A DNA stretch of 64,000 nt from Desulfocapsa sp. (GTDB lineage: Bacteria > Desulfobacterota > Desulfobulbia > Desulfobulbales > Desulfocapsaceae): the NCBI GenBank assembly GCA_021737265.1, contig JAIPEF010000001.1, positions 5,416 through 69,415 of the forward strand. Direction: 5' to 3'. The notes under the pieces are model-generated. The model was not told the DNA's origin. It ran no database searches and saw nothing but the letters and a program-made list of their open reading frames with translations. Shown here piece after piece: positions 31,771 through 41,678 of this stretch; the stretch's first letter is position 1, and each line of letters starts with the position of its first letter. A program made the translations under genes and the position numbers.

Positions 31771-31898
31771 GATGGCTAAATAAAAAACTTCATATGCGAG
31801 GCCCAAAGATTTTCTTTTATTTCGGCGTACCGAGGTACGTCGTGATGAAAGAAAATTTGTAGCAACGAAGTAGATGAAGAATTTTTATGACGCCATCA
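31771..31898 (-). repeat. Dispersed palindromic element, family 1, copy b
   Basis: GATGGCTAAA...CGGCGTAC/GTACGTCG...GACGCCATCA; its end overlaps the TGA stop of the EEP gene. Confidence 0.85.
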
Positions 31899-32627
31899 GA
31901 GATTGAAATCACAAATCAACGGGGCATGGTCGGAAAGGTGAATACAAGGGATGGAAAAATTGCTGACATCCAGTTCCGGGCTATGAAGGATAAAATCCAG
32001 ATGTCGTTTCGGAGCGTGGCTGGGGTGTGACGGCAGACCACGGAGGTTAGCATTCACAAGACCTGTAGCAGCAAGAAAAAGCTGCACTTCCCTGATCCCG
32101 CCAAAGGTGTTGAAGTCCCCTGCCACAATCACCGGTTTTGTACTGTGTGATAACATACGGTGGAGATGCTCAAGCTGCTGCTGCCTGTGTTTATATTTCA
32201 GGGAAAGGTGGACTAAAAAAATGGCCACCTCTTCCAGTTCCACCTCAATGACCAGCCGCTTAACCCCTTCATTAAAATAATGAAAACGATGAGTAACAAT
32301 TGGCTGGTTGGTGAGTAGACCATTCCCCTGTTTATTAAGTAGAGGAATCCTGTTGGCCATCGATCCACCACCATACTTGGTTCCCACCACGTGAAAATGA
32401 TCAAGCGCTTTGGCTATCACCTCAGCCTGACAGGTCTTGTGGCTGCGATAGGAACCGGAGTCCACTTCAACCAGGGCAATAACATCAGGCTCCACAGAAC
32501 GGATAAACGATACGATCTGGCCAAGGACATTTCCGGTCTGTTTAAAAAAACCACTAAAAGGCAGGGGCAGGTGGTAGCCAATCCCATGTCCGGTGGCATA
32601 ACGGATATTATAAAGAAGAAAACGCAT
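31896..32627 (-). CDS. Endonuclease/exonuclease/phosphatase (EEP) family protein
   Basis: YNI, EVD, HL, AGDFN, LD.I and SDH motifs. Confidence 0.9.
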   Translation of the reverse strand: MRFLLYNIRYATGHGIGYHLPLPFSGFFKQTGNVLGQIVSFIRSVEPDVIALVEVDSGSYRSHKTCQAEVIAKALDHFHVVGTKYGGGSMANRIPLLNKQGNGLLTNQPIVTHRFHYFNEGVKRLVIEVELEEVAIFLVHLSLKYKHRQQQLEHLHRMLSHSTKPVIVAGDFNTFGGIREVQLFLAATGLVNANLRGLPSHPSHAPKRHLDFILHSPELDVSNFSIPCIHLSDHAPLICDFNL

Positions 32628-32632
32628 AGAGT

Positions 32633-32661
32633 ATAATAGCGGTTTTACAGGCAGTTTGCAA
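32633..32661 (-). promoter_or_regulatory. Sigma70 promoter of the EEP gene, probably leaderless
   Basis: TTGCAA-N17-TATTAT; ATG 5 nt downstream; no Shine-Dalgarno. Confidence 0.55.
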
Positions 32662-32849
32662 TTATGCCTTTTTTCTCTTTATTGCATATGTTAGATTAGG
32701 GACAAGTATACGATTTTAGGGTTGAATCAAATCTTCCTGCAGATTAGGTTACACAGGTTCAAGGAATTAAGTCGAAGAAAATACAATGCACTCAGGGCTA
32801 TTTGGAACCAGCCTGACAAAAAAACCATCATATTTAGGATAGATAACTC

Positions 32850-33782
32850 ATGACCACAATACATATTGGATCCAGAAAAAGTAAACTTGCCATGTGGCAG
32901 ACAGATACTGTTGCTGGAATGCTTGAAAGGCAAGGCATGACGACACAAATCAATCCCATGGAGACCAAGGGCGATAAGATTCTTGATGTTTCCATTGCCA
33001 AGATCGGCAGCAAAGGGGTCTTCACCGAAGAACTCGAAGAGCAGCTGGCCAATGGCAAAACCGACATTGCCGTCCACAGTGCCAAGGATATGCAGTCCAT
33101 CCTGCCTCCAGGCTTTGAGCTAATCGCCTACACCGTCAGAGAAAAGCCCAATGATGCCCTGCTTTCGAAAAACAAATCTATAGATCTCAGTGACAGCAGT
33201 AAGAAAATCCGTATCGGTACTTCTTCAGTACGGCGTATTGCCTTACTCAAACATTTCTACCCCCATGTGGAAACCGTGGAGGTGCGCGGCAACCTGCAGA
33301 CCAGAATCCAAAAAATGGAAAATGGTGACTGTGACGCGCTCATGCTTGCCTATGCCGGTGTAAAACGCATGGAATATGAGGAGATGATCGTCAAGATCTT
33401 TTCTGAAGAAGAATTCATCCCTCCTGTGGGTCAGGGCTGTATCGCCATTGAAGTAGCAGAGACTTTGAGCAGTGAAAAACGTAAGAAGGTGAGGGAATGC
33501 CTTAACAATCCAGACTCAGAATCCTGCCTGCTCGCCGAACGCGCCTACTTACGGACTATGGAGGGGGGCTGCTCCATCCCGGCCTTTGGTTTGGCCATAC
33601 TCGAGGGAAATGACATCATCCTGCGCGGTGGCCTGGCAAGCCTGGACGGTAAAACGGTTCTCATCGGGACTGAAAAAGGCCCCAGGGAAGAAGCAGAAGC
33701 GATTGGGGAACGACTGGGGCATTACATCCTGGAAAAGGGTGGCAAAGAGATTCTCGCCGACATCAGACGTGCCCAGGGATAA
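32850..33782 (+). CDS. hemC: Hydroxymethylbilane synthase
   Basis: GSRKSKLAMWQ, KGVFT, AVHSAKD, GTSSVRR, RGN and EGGC. Confidence 0.97.
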   Translation: MTTIHIGSRKSKLAMWQTDTVAGMLERQGMTTQINPMETKGDKILDVSIAKIGSKGVFTEELEEQLANGKTDIAVHSAKDMQSILPPGFELIAYTVREKPNDALLSKNKSIDLSDSSKKIRIGTSSVRRIALLKHFYPHVETVEVRGNLQTRIQKMENGDCDALMLAYAGVKRMEYEEMIVKIFSEEEFIPPVGQGCIAIEVAETLSSEKRKKVRECLNNPDSESCLLAERAYLRTMEGGCSIPAFGLAILEGNDIILRGGLASLDGKTVLIGTEKGPREEAEAIGERLGHYILEKGGKEILADIRRAQG

Positions 33783-33785
33783 AAA

Positions 33786-33824
33786 TAAAAAAGCTTTGGT
33801 CGGATGCCTGCCCGACCAAAGCTT
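33786..33824 (-). terminator. Intrinsic terminator between convergent hemC and the cytochrome gene
   Basis: 13-bp perfect stem AAGCTTTGGTCGG/CCGACCAAAGCTT with an A-tract on the left. Confidence 0.75.
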
Positions 33825-33864
33825 GATAATTCTTGTACCTCCCGACCGGGAGATTCAAAAATTA

Positions 33865-34278
33865 TCAGCCACAGGAGTCGGCATTATTGGGGTCGTAGGT
33901 CCAGTTGCCATTCCTGAACAGGTAATCATTCACCATCTGTAGCTCATCTTCGCTGAGAACATCCCAGGAACCATTGAGGGCACATACCTCGTTGCGCTTG
34001 CTGAAGATTACATTCCATGCATTGGAGGTATACGATTCTGCATGGACAAATGGGGCCCCCTGATCATTGTTGAGTGCATGACAGCTCTTGCACACTTCAC
34101 GGAACTTGATCCCCCCTATGCCCCAGGGCTCACTTTCCCAGTCCAGTGTTCCGGCAGCGATAACCCGGCACATCTTCGTTCGTTCATCGTAACGCTTTGA
34201 AGGCCTGGCCGAAGCGGTATAAACGGAATAGAACAATAGACAGAATATAGACAGTACAATAATTGCCGGATAACGCAT
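33865..34278 (-). CDS. Small periplasmic monoheme cytochrome c
   Basis: Signal peptide; single CKSCH; AGGAG RBS. Confidence 0.8.
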   Translation of the reverse strand: MRYPAIIVLSIFCLLFYSVYTASARPSKRYDERTKMCRVIAAGTLDWESEPWGIGGIKFREVCKSCHALNNDQGAPFVHAESYTSNAWNVIFSKRNEVCALNGSWDVLSEDELQMVNDYLFRNGNWTYDPNNADSCG

Positions 34279-34460
34279 TCTTCTTTCTCCTGTATAGAAT
34301 ATTAGTACCTTCACCCCACAAGGCGGTACTGAACCGGGTCCCGACTTATTTCCCGATTATCACCGGGCCAAGAGTCCTACGTGGTAGCAGTATAATCATG
34401 GCGCCACAATTATTCTACTAAAATACAGAAAAAGTCTTTGTCTTTGCACCAGGTTTATCG

Positions 34461-35174
34461 TCAATGAGCACAGACTTCTTTTAAATAATCAAGCCACTGC
34501 TCAAAGCCCTCGCCACTGGTTGCAGACAGGGCCATAACCTGTAAGTCAGGATTTAACTGTAAAGCCTCTGCCTTTGCCTCTTCCACGGGAAAATCAAAAT
34601 AGGGCAGGAGGTCGGTTTTGGAGATGATGAAGACCTGAGAGCTGTGGAAGGCCTTGGGATATTTTGCCGGTTTATCCGGACCTTCCGGAACAGAAACCAG
34701 AACAAGACGATGGTGCTCACCAAGATCAAAGGTGGCCGGGCAGACCAGGTTGCCCACATTTTCAATAAAGAGGAGGTCAAGTTGTGCCCCACCCTCCTCT
34801 TTTTCCAGGAGATGCAGCCCCTTGTGAATCTGGGCCGCATCAAGATGACAGGCCCCTCCCGTGGTCAGCTGGATCACCGGGACCCCCTTGGCACGAATAC
34901 GTTCCGCGTCCCGGTCAGTTTCGATGTCTCCCTCAATCACCCCGATCCGAAGACTCCCCCCCAGTGCCTCGATGGTCTTTTCCAGGAGGGTTGTCTTCCC
35001 CGAACCGGGACTGGATATCATATTAATGGCCACTGCTCCCATCTCTTCAATATGAACCCTGTTTTTCTTCGCCATGGCCGTGTTGGCAGCAAGGAGACTC
35101 TGGTGTACTTCAACCACCCGGGAGTCATGGGAATGCTCTTCAGGTTTCAGGTCACAACCGCATGCATCACACAT
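34461..35174 (-). CDS. hypB: Hydrogenase nickel incorporation GTPase
   Basis: MCDACGC, SSPGSGKT, CHLDA and ENVGNLVCP. Confidence 0.96.
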   Translation of the reverse strand: MCDACGCDLKPEEHSHDSRVVEVHQSLLAANTAMAKKNRVHIEEMGAVAINMISSPGSGKTTLLEKTIEALGGSLRIGVIEGDIETDRDAERIRAKGVPVIQLTTGGACHLDAAQIHKGLHLLEKEEGGAQLDLLFIENVGNLVCPATFDLGEHHRLVLVSVPEGPDKPAKYPKAFHSSQVFIISKTDLLPYFDFPVEEAKAEALQLNPDLQVMALSATSGEGFEQWLDYLKEVCAH

Positions 35175-35266
35175 AATATTCCTTAGTTATCCTTTTTTCT
35201 GACTTCCAAACGAATGATCGGAGTCTCGTTATACTCACTTACCTTGGTGCTGCTGAACAGTTATGG

Positions 35267-35611
35267 CTATTCCATCTCTACCTGGCGGAGGACAAGATCA
35301 TCCCCCCCTACCGGCGAGAGTAACGTTTCTGAACAGTGACGGCAACGTTCAGGTCTCTGCTCCGCTTTCATCTCCATACCACAACTGCAGCATCTGTAGA
35401 GAGCTGGAGGACTCTCTATAAGCAATATTGCCTCTCTCGTCAGCGCATCGTCTCTGGCAAGGATATCAAAACCAAACTGAAAGGAATCGATTACCACTCC
35501 GGAAAAGGGGCCAATCTCCATGGACACACTGATGACTTTTTCCTTATTATGTTCTTTGGCAAGCTCATGGAGTTGCCCAAGCAAGCCTTGAACAAGCGAC
35601 ATCTCATGCAT
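35267..35611 (-). CDS. hypA: Hydrogenase nickel metallochaperone
   Basis: MHEMS and two CxxC motifs. Confidence 0.95.
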   Translation of the reverse strand: MHEMSLVQGLLGQLHELAKEHNKEKVISVSMEIGPFSGVVIDSFQFGFDILARDDALTREAILLIESPPALYRCCSCGMEMKAEQRPERCRHCSETLLSPVGGDDLVLRQVEME

Positions 35612-36116
35612 GTTCTTTCTCTATCAACCCGGCTCCGTAGCCCATTTTCTGGAGCCGCTGCACCAGCAGGCCGGATATTTTCTCCACCTGGGACGCCACC
35701 ACGTCACTCATCTCCAGCCCGGTTTCAAAACTCTCAGGCACTACACAATAAAACTCCACACATTCAGGCTCAATACCACGCAGTTTGCAGATATCGAGTA
35801 TTTCGAGAATCCCCAATTGGTGTGGTGACATCCGTGTCTGCATGGACCCGTTTCTTGCATCTTCTCCAGTAAAGGTATAGAGACTGCCTGGCGTCGCATC
35901 CTCAAGATTCACGACATCAACCACAAAAATCGGATCATGCTCCTCAAGAAATGGGGCCATGTAAATGCCGGCAGTCCCACCGTCAAGAAGGGTTACAGTC
36001 TCGGAAAAATGATAGTGCTTTTCAAGGTATTCAATAACATGAACACCAAAACTCTCATCAGAGAGCAGGAGGTTACCAATTCCTAGAATTCCTGCATTTT
36101 TTGTTTCTTTTTCCAT
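35604..36116 (-). CDS. Hydrogenase maturation protease (HyaD/HybD family)
   Basis: GIGNLLLSDE.FG, DGGT and SPHQ. Confidence 0.93.
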   Translation of the reverse strand: MEKETKNAGILGIGNLLLSDESFGVHVIEYLEKHYHFSETVTLLDGGTAGIYMAPFLEEHDPIFVVDVVNLEDATPGSLYTFTGEDARNGSMQTRMSPHQLGILEILDICKLRGIEPECVEFYCVVPESFETGLEMSDVVASQVEKISGLLVQRLQKMGYGAGLIEKEHA

Positions 36117-36125
36117 TTTCTTTCC

Positions 36126-37145
36126 TTAACAGATTCTTGGTAACGGCTCCCCATGCAGGGGAGTGATGACTCTGGAACCGCCTATGCTGGTCCGTAGTGT
36201 AACCTGTCCGGATTTTCCGGCTTTCAGGCTTCCAATAATTGCAGCATCCCGACCGACAGCGGTTGACTGCATGAGCTGCAAGGCCTCGTCGGCCTGTTCA
36301 GGGGCAACCAGTGCAAGGCACTTCCCTTCATTTGCCAGATAGAGGGGATCAAGCCCCATGATCTCACAGGCTGCCCGCACTTCATTTTTAACGGGAATAG
36401 CCTGATCATCAATTTCCACTGCAAATCCGGCAGCAGCAGCAATTTCATTCAGCGATGTGGCAACTCCACCACGGGTCGGATCACGGAGGGTATGAAGAGT
36501 GCCGGGAGGAAGTGTATCATTGAGCAGGGCCACTAATTCATGGAGTGCAGCCGAATCACTGGCCAGATTACCATCCAGACTGAGTCCTGCCCGTCTGGTC
36601 ATGATTGTGATGCCATGATCACCCATTGAACCGGAGAGAATAATTATATCTCCCTCTTGTGCCATTGCAGAAGAGACAATCACGCCCTCTGCCACAATTC
36701 CAATCCCTGAGGTATTAATAAAGATTTTGTCGCACTTTCCTCTGGGAACAACCTTGGTATCTCCTGTGACAACAGGTACTCCGGCAGTTTTTGAACATTG
36801 GGCAATGGAAACAATAATACGTTCCAGATTGTCCAGATCAAGCCCTTCTTCCAAAATCAACCCAAGACTCAGACACAAGGGGCGTGCTCCCCGCATGGCA
36901 ATATCATTAATGGTGCCATGGACAGCCAGGGTACCAATATCACCGCCTGGAAAGAAAATAGGATCAACCACATAACTGTCTGTGCTGAAAGCCAGTTTTC
37001 CAGGATGATTGTCCATTACCGCACTGTCTTCCAGTGAAGCCAGGATACTATTATCCAGATGTTTCAGAAAAATCTGAGAGATCAACTCCTGGCTGGCAAT
37101 GCCGCCACTGCCATGATCCAGAAGGATCGTATTTCCGGGATTCAC
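36126..37145 (-). CDS. hypE: Carbamoyl dehydratase HypE
   Basis: HGSGG, GDTKVV and DPTRGG; C-terminal PRIC. Confidence 0.97.
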   Translation of the reverse strand: MNPGNTILLDHGSGGIASQELISQIFLKHLDNSILASLEDSAVMDNHPGKLAFSTDSYVVDPIFFPGGDIGTLAVHGTINDIAMRGARPLCLSLGLILEEGLDLDNLERIIVSIAQCSKTAGVPVVTGDTKVVPRGKCDKIFINTSGIGIVAEGVIVSSAMAQEGDIIILSGSMGDHGITIMTRRAGLSLDGNLASDSAALHELVALLNDTLPPGTLHTLRDPTRGGVATSLNEIAAAAGFAVEIDDQAIPVKNEVRAACEIMGLDPLYLANEGKCLALVAPEQADEALQLMQSTAVGRDAAIIGSLKAGKSGQVTLRTSIGGSRVITPLHGEPLPRIC

Positions 37146-37265
37146 AATTCCACCTATCAGTTACTTTTTTTGAGTACCTTCACAAAATTCAGCAGCCCTG
37201 TGCCGCTTCTGCTCTCCAAACAGCCGAAACACAGTTTCCTGTTACTGTTGTACAATTATCCATCA

Positions 37266-38351
37266 TCATTGATCATATTTATAAAAAGCAGCACAGGTCC
37301 CTTCGCTGGAAACCATGCAGGGGCCAATGGGATTACCGGGAGTGCAGCGTTTTCCAAACAACGGGCACTGGGACGGCAATTCTTTTCCTTTCAAAATCTC
37401 ACCGCAACGACAGCCCTTGGGTTCTTCTGCCGGCGTCAACTTGATGTTGAGCCTTTTCTCGGCGTCGAAGTGGCCATATTCTTCCCGGATGGCTAAGCCA
37501 CTTTGAGGAATCATCCCCAAGCCACGCCATTCCATATCAGCGGGCTCAAAAATATTGTGAACCATCTGCTGTGCCCTGCTGTTTTCCTCCCAGCGTACCG
37601 CACGGGTATAGGCATTCTCCACCTTGGCCTCTCCTCTGCCAACCTGTCTGGCCAGCAGAATCAAAGCCTGGAGAATATCTGCCGGCTCAAATCCGCCCAC
37701 CACACAGGCCAGTCCATATCGATCGACAAGGGGCTGATAGGCTCCGGCTCCAATGATACTGCTCACATGCCCGGGACAGAGAAGCCCGTCAATCTGCAAT
37801 TCCGGGTCATCAAGTAAAGCCAGCAAAGGTGGCGGCATGGTTTTATGAGTTGAAAAGACAGAAAAATTATCGACATTAGAATTTTTTGCAGCCATAATAG
37901 TGGCGGCAATACCTGGAGTTGTGGTTTCAAAGCCCACACCGAGAAAAACAACCATGTCTTCCGGATAGTTGCGGGCGAGTTCCAGACTGTCCATGGGAGA
38001 ATAGACGATATCAACTTTGGTCCCCTGGGAAGATGCATTGGCAAGAGAAAGGCCACTGCTGCCTGGAACCCGAAACAGATCACCGAACAGGGCGATCCGA
38101 ACATTTGTCCTTTCCGCAATGGCCAGAATCGCATCGATATGGGATGCCGAAGTAACACAGACCGGACAACCGGGACCGGATATCAGCTCCACCCCCTCCG
38201 GAAGCAATGTTCGAAGACCGCTGCGAAAAATGGACATGGTGTGGGTGCCGCACACCTCCATGACCCGAAAAGACGTTGTTACACTCCTGCGCAACTCCTT
38301 GAGAAGAGGCTCAGCCAAGGCATAGTCACGGAATTCATCAACATATTTCAT
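37266..38351 (-). CDS. hypD: Hydrogenase maturation protein HypD
   Basis: CGTH, GPGCPVC, GFETT, PGHV and CMVSSEG.C. Confidence 0.97.
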   Translation of the reverse strand: MKYVDEFRDYALAEPLLKELRRSVTTSFRVMEVCGTHTMSIFRSGLRTLLPEGVELISGPGCPVCVTSASHIDAILAIAERTNVRIALFGDLFRVPGSSGLSLANASSQGTKVDIVYSPMDSLELARNYPEDMVVFLGVGFETTTPGIAATIMAAKNSNVDNFSVFSTHKTMPPPLLALLDDPELQIDGLLCPGHVSSIIGAGAYQPLVDRYGLACVVGGFEPADILQALILLARQVGRGEAKVENAYTRAVRWEENSRAQQMVHNIFEPADMEWRGLGMIPQSGLAIREEYGHFDAEKRLNIKLTPAEEPKGCRCGEILKGKELPSQCPLFGKRCTPGNPIGPCMVSSEGTCAAFYKYDQ

Positions 38352-38623
38352 GAGTTGTTTTCCGTTGCTTCCAGGCCTTCCACCTTCTCGACCATTTCAT
38401 GCATGAGACGGATATTCGTTTTCGCCTCTTCAGGATCAAGAGTGTGGATGGCAAATCCGGCATGGATGATAAGATAGTCACCAATCTCGGGCCAGCGGTC
38501 AACCACATCAAGCCGGGTCTCCTTTCTGATTCCATCAGCATCAACCACTGCAATCTGTCCACTGAGAAAATCATCAGGGCTGCCCTCTATTTCAAGGACT
38601 TTCATTGGTACTGCGAGACACAT
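38348..38623 (-). CDS. hypC: Hydrogenase chaperone HypC
   Basis: MCLAVP and HAGFA. Confidence 0.96.
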   Translation of the reverse strand: MCLAVPMKVLEIEGSPDDFLSGQIAVVDADGIRKETRLDVVDRWPEIGDYLIIHAGFAIHTLDPEEAKTNIRLMHEMVEKVEGLEATENNS

Positions 38624-40910
38624 GAGCTAAACCTCCAATAACCGCCTGTCCCAGAGCAATCCCACCATCATTCACCGGGACCTGCTCTCCAGTAAAAACC
38701 GTGAAACCTTCCTGTTCCAGAAGAATAAATAGACCTTCAAGTAACAACCTGTTCTGCATGCAGCCACCAGTCAACACAACTTTTCTCAATCCAGTCTGGT
38801 GGCCAAGTTTCTGCAGAAGAACAAAAAAACTCTGAATGAGACAGAGATGAAAATCAAGGGCTATAGAAGCTGGATCATTGCCCGCCATCCGTTGAGCCAG
38901 AAGCTGCAAGATTAAATCCTGCTGCCGCAATACCAGACGTCCGTCTTCTCTCTTCATACCTGCCCGCCCACAGCAAGTCGCAAGCAGACCTTCAAGGGAC
39001 TGTTCCTCTTTTGCCTCTCTGGCCAGGGATTCCAGTTCCATAGCTGCCTGACCTTCGTAATCAGCCGTAAGGCAGACACCAAGCAGGGCCGCAGCCCCGT
39101 CAAAGAGACGGCCGCAGCTTGTACTGAGCGGACAGTTGAATCCCTGATCCATCATCTGCCACAGGGCTGATTCCTTTTGTTTCTCTACCAGATGTAATTT
39201 CGGGGCGCCCTTCCCCAGTGCATGGAGCAGAGATAAGCCCATACGCCAAGGTGACTCCGCCGCTGCATCACCACCTGGCAGGAGCATGGGTGACAGCGAA
39301 CCGATCCGTTTATAGCCGAAACAATCGGCCTCCAGTACCTCTCCGCCCCAGATACTACTATCAGCACCCAGACCACTGCCGTCAAGGATCAGGGCCAGTA
39401 CTTTCTCCCTGATTCCATGCTCAACCAGTACGGCTGCCGCGTGGGCATGCTGGTGTTGTACTTTATAGAGGGGAAGACCGGACTCTTTGGCGTAATGACT
39501 ACTCAGATAATCGGGATGGAGGTCACAGACCACTGCTTCAGGTTCCACCTGGAGAAGCTTCTTTAGATGATATATGCTTTCCTTGTAAAAATTCAGTGAT
39601 TCCAGGTTGAAAAGATCTCCGATATGCTGGCTGAGAAAGCCTTCCAGATCCCTGGTCAGGCAAAAAGTGGATTTGAGCCCACCGCCACAGGCGAGTATGG
39701 GCGGCATATTCCAGGGAAGGGATGTTGAGCCGGGAACATAGCCCCGGGCCCGACGCAGGAGTTGCACTCCACGACCGGTTATTCTGGCCACAGAATCATC
39801 CACACGGGTAACAATTTCTCGATTGTGAAGAAGAAAACAGTCGGCAATAGACTGCAGGCCGGCCACAGCCGCATCATTAGCAGTAAATATGGGAGCCCCG
39901 CTCCGGTTTCCGCTGGTCATGACCAAGGTCCGGGGGCAGTCAGCCTCCATAAAGAGGAGTTGGTGCAGCGGGGTGTAGGGGAGCATGACCCCAATCTCAT
40001 TAATTCCCGGGGTAAGGACGGCCACAAGGGTCGATTTTTTTCTTGGCAGCAAAACTATGGGATGCTCCACTCCCTGGAGCAGATTTTCCGCCTCAGGATC
40101 CAGATGACAAAATGTAGCCGCCTCTTCCAGGCTGGATGTCATCACCGCAAGCGGTTTTGATTTTCGCCCCTTCCGGATGCGAAGTCTTGCCACTGCCTGT
40201 TCCGAGCCTGCATCCACCACAAGATGAAAGCCTCCTAATCCCCTCATGGCCACGATTTTCCCCTGTTGCAAAGCACGGGCAACCTCAGTAAGCGGCGAAG
40301 AAACGGCAACCTTCCGCCCTTCTCCATCGTGGTATGACAACTCCGGCCCACACTCCGCACAGGCATTGGGCTGGGCATGAAAACGGCGATTTCCCGGATC
40401 TTCATACTCGGCTCTACAGGCTGAACAGAGGGGGAAATGTTTCATGGACGTGAGAGGACGATCGTAGGGAACGGTTTCTACGATGGTAAAACGTGGCCCA
40501 CAGTTGGTGCAGTTGGTGAAGGGATAGGAGAAACGTCTGTTTTTCGGAGTCAGAATATCCTGCAGACAATCATCGCAGATGGCAATATCAGCAGGAATGA
40601 GAGCCTTATTTTTCTGTGAGGAAACACTTTTCAGAATAGAAAACTCAGTGAATCCTTTTACCGTTGCCTGAGGGTTCTGCAGCAGAGAAGTGATGCGTGC
40701 CAGTGGTGGTGGGGAGAATTGAATCGTCTCGATAAAGGCTCGAATGGATGACTGCTTCCCTTCCGCCTCTATCACTACGCCCTGGTCGTTATTTACGATG
40801 GTACCGACAATGTTAAACTCTTTGGCCAAACGATATACAAACGGACGGAAACCAACGCCCTGGACAGTGCCCCGGACGATGATTTCCGTTAGTGAAACAG
40901 GATCAGACAT
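38592..40910 (-). CDS. hypF: Carbamoyltransferase HypF
   Basis: VQGVGFRP, zinc fingers, RFHAQP and NDGGIALGQ; start at ATG 40910. Confidence 0.96.
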   Translation of the reverse strand: MSDPVSLTEIIVRGTVQGVGFRPFVYRLAKEFNIVGTIVNNDQGVVIEAEGKQSSIRAFIETIQFSPPPLARITSLLQNPQATVKGFTEFSILKSVSSQKNKALIPADIAICDDCLQDILTPKNRRFSYPFTNCTNCGPRFTIVETVPYDRPLTSMKHFPLCSACRAEYEDPGNRRFHAQPNACAECGPELSYHDGEGRKVAVSSPLTEVARALQQGKIVAMRGLGGFHLVVDAGSEQAVARLRIRKGRKSKPLAVMTSSLEEAATFCHLDPEAENLLQGVEHPIVLLPRKKSTLVAVLTPGINEIGVMLPYTPLHQLLFMEADCPRTLVMTSGNRSGAPIFTANDAAVAGLQSIADCFLLHNREIVTRVDDSVARITGRGVQLLRRARGYVPGSTSLPWNMPPILACGGGLKSTFCLTRDLEGFLSQHIGDLFNLESLNFYKESIYHLKKLLQVEPEAVVCDLHPDYLSSHYAKESGLPLYKVQHQHAHAAAVLVEHGIREKVLALILDGSGLGADSSIWGGEVLEADCFGYKRIGSLSPMLLPGGDAAAESPWRMGLSLLHALGKGAPKLHLVEKQKESALWQMMDQGFNCPLSTSCGRLFDGAAALLGVCLTADYEGQAAMELESLAREAKEEQSLEGLLATCCGRAGMKREDGRLVLRQQDLILQLLAQRMAGNDPASIALDFHLCLIQSFFVLLQKLGHQTGLRKVVLTGGCMQNRLLLEGLFILLEQEGFTVFTGEQVPVNDGGIALGQAVIGGLAHVSRSTNESP

Positions 40911-41547
40911 TCTTATGTTTAAACTTTTTCCCGTTAAACATTGACGACACAAGACCTTCGGGAGACTTCAAATCGTTCCAGACAACCAGATATACATGGA
41001 CAAAAGCAAAGAGAATAAAATACCACATCAGCAGGTGATGCAGAAAACGGCCTTCCTGCTGGGTACCAAAGATACTTCCCCCCAGGCCCTGCCAGAAAGC
41101 AGCCTCCGGATACAACATATAAAAGCCACTGCTCAGCTGGAAAAGCGCAGCTACGAAGGTAACAATATAAACAATTCCAGCAAGAACATTATGCCCCAGT
41201 CGCTCATCGTGCTTATCGCTGAGATAGCTGTAATAACCAAGCGTTGTGGTCAGGCTTTTAAAGTTCCTGGGAGTAACCGGCAGGATATCAAAGATTCGTT
41301 CCTGACGGTTTCCGAAAATATACAAAAAGAGACGTACCATTACCGCTGCAGCAAAGAGATAGCCAGCCAGGAAATGGATGTAGCGCATGGTAGCCATTGG
41401 AAACGACACGCTTCCTTCCAGTGTCGTATTCGTCCATGGTGTATTAATATAAAGCCCTGTTACCACCAATGTAACAATGGAGAGTACTAAAGACCAGTGA
41501 AACAGGCGGAGTAAAACACTCCAGACATTTTTGATTTCGTAGCTCAT
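40903..41547 (-). CDS. [NiFe]-hydrogenase b-type cytochrome subunit (HyaC/HupC type)
   Basis: RLFHW, RYIH, GHN, HH and HVY; four TM helices. Confidence 0.92.
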   Translation of the reverse strand: MSYEIKNVWSVLLRLFHWSLVLSIVTLVVTGLYINTPWTNTTLEGSVSFPMATMRYIHFLAGYLFAAAVMVRLFLYIFGNRQERIFDILPVTPRNFKSLTTTLGYYSYLSDKHDERLGHNVLAGIVYIVTFVAALFQLSSGFYMLYPEAAFWQGLGGSIFGTQQEGRFLHHLLMWYFILFAFVHVYLVVWNDLKSPEGLVSSMFNGKKFKHKNV

Positions 41548-41575
41548 AACAGCCCTCTCAAGTCATTTCAGGTAA

Positions 41576-41678
41576 CTGTTTTGCAGCACTTCAGATGTAC
41601 ACGATCAGTCCCCGACTCATATTGTATAAGCTCTATGACTCGGCCTGATCGCGCACAGGTGGAGTGCTGCGGAACAGA
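41576..41678. repeat. Long imperfect intergenic hairpin between the large-subunit and cytochrome b genes
   Basis: Outer stem CTGTTTTGCAGCACTTCA/TGGAGTGCTGCGGAACAG; inner stem CGATCAG/CTGATCG. Confidence 0.7.

Noticed and set aside
33862-33875. Cys-Gly-TGA-TAA at the end of the monoheme cytochrome as terminal Sec
   Set aside because: Tandem stops are common, and the downstream hairpin looks like a terminator
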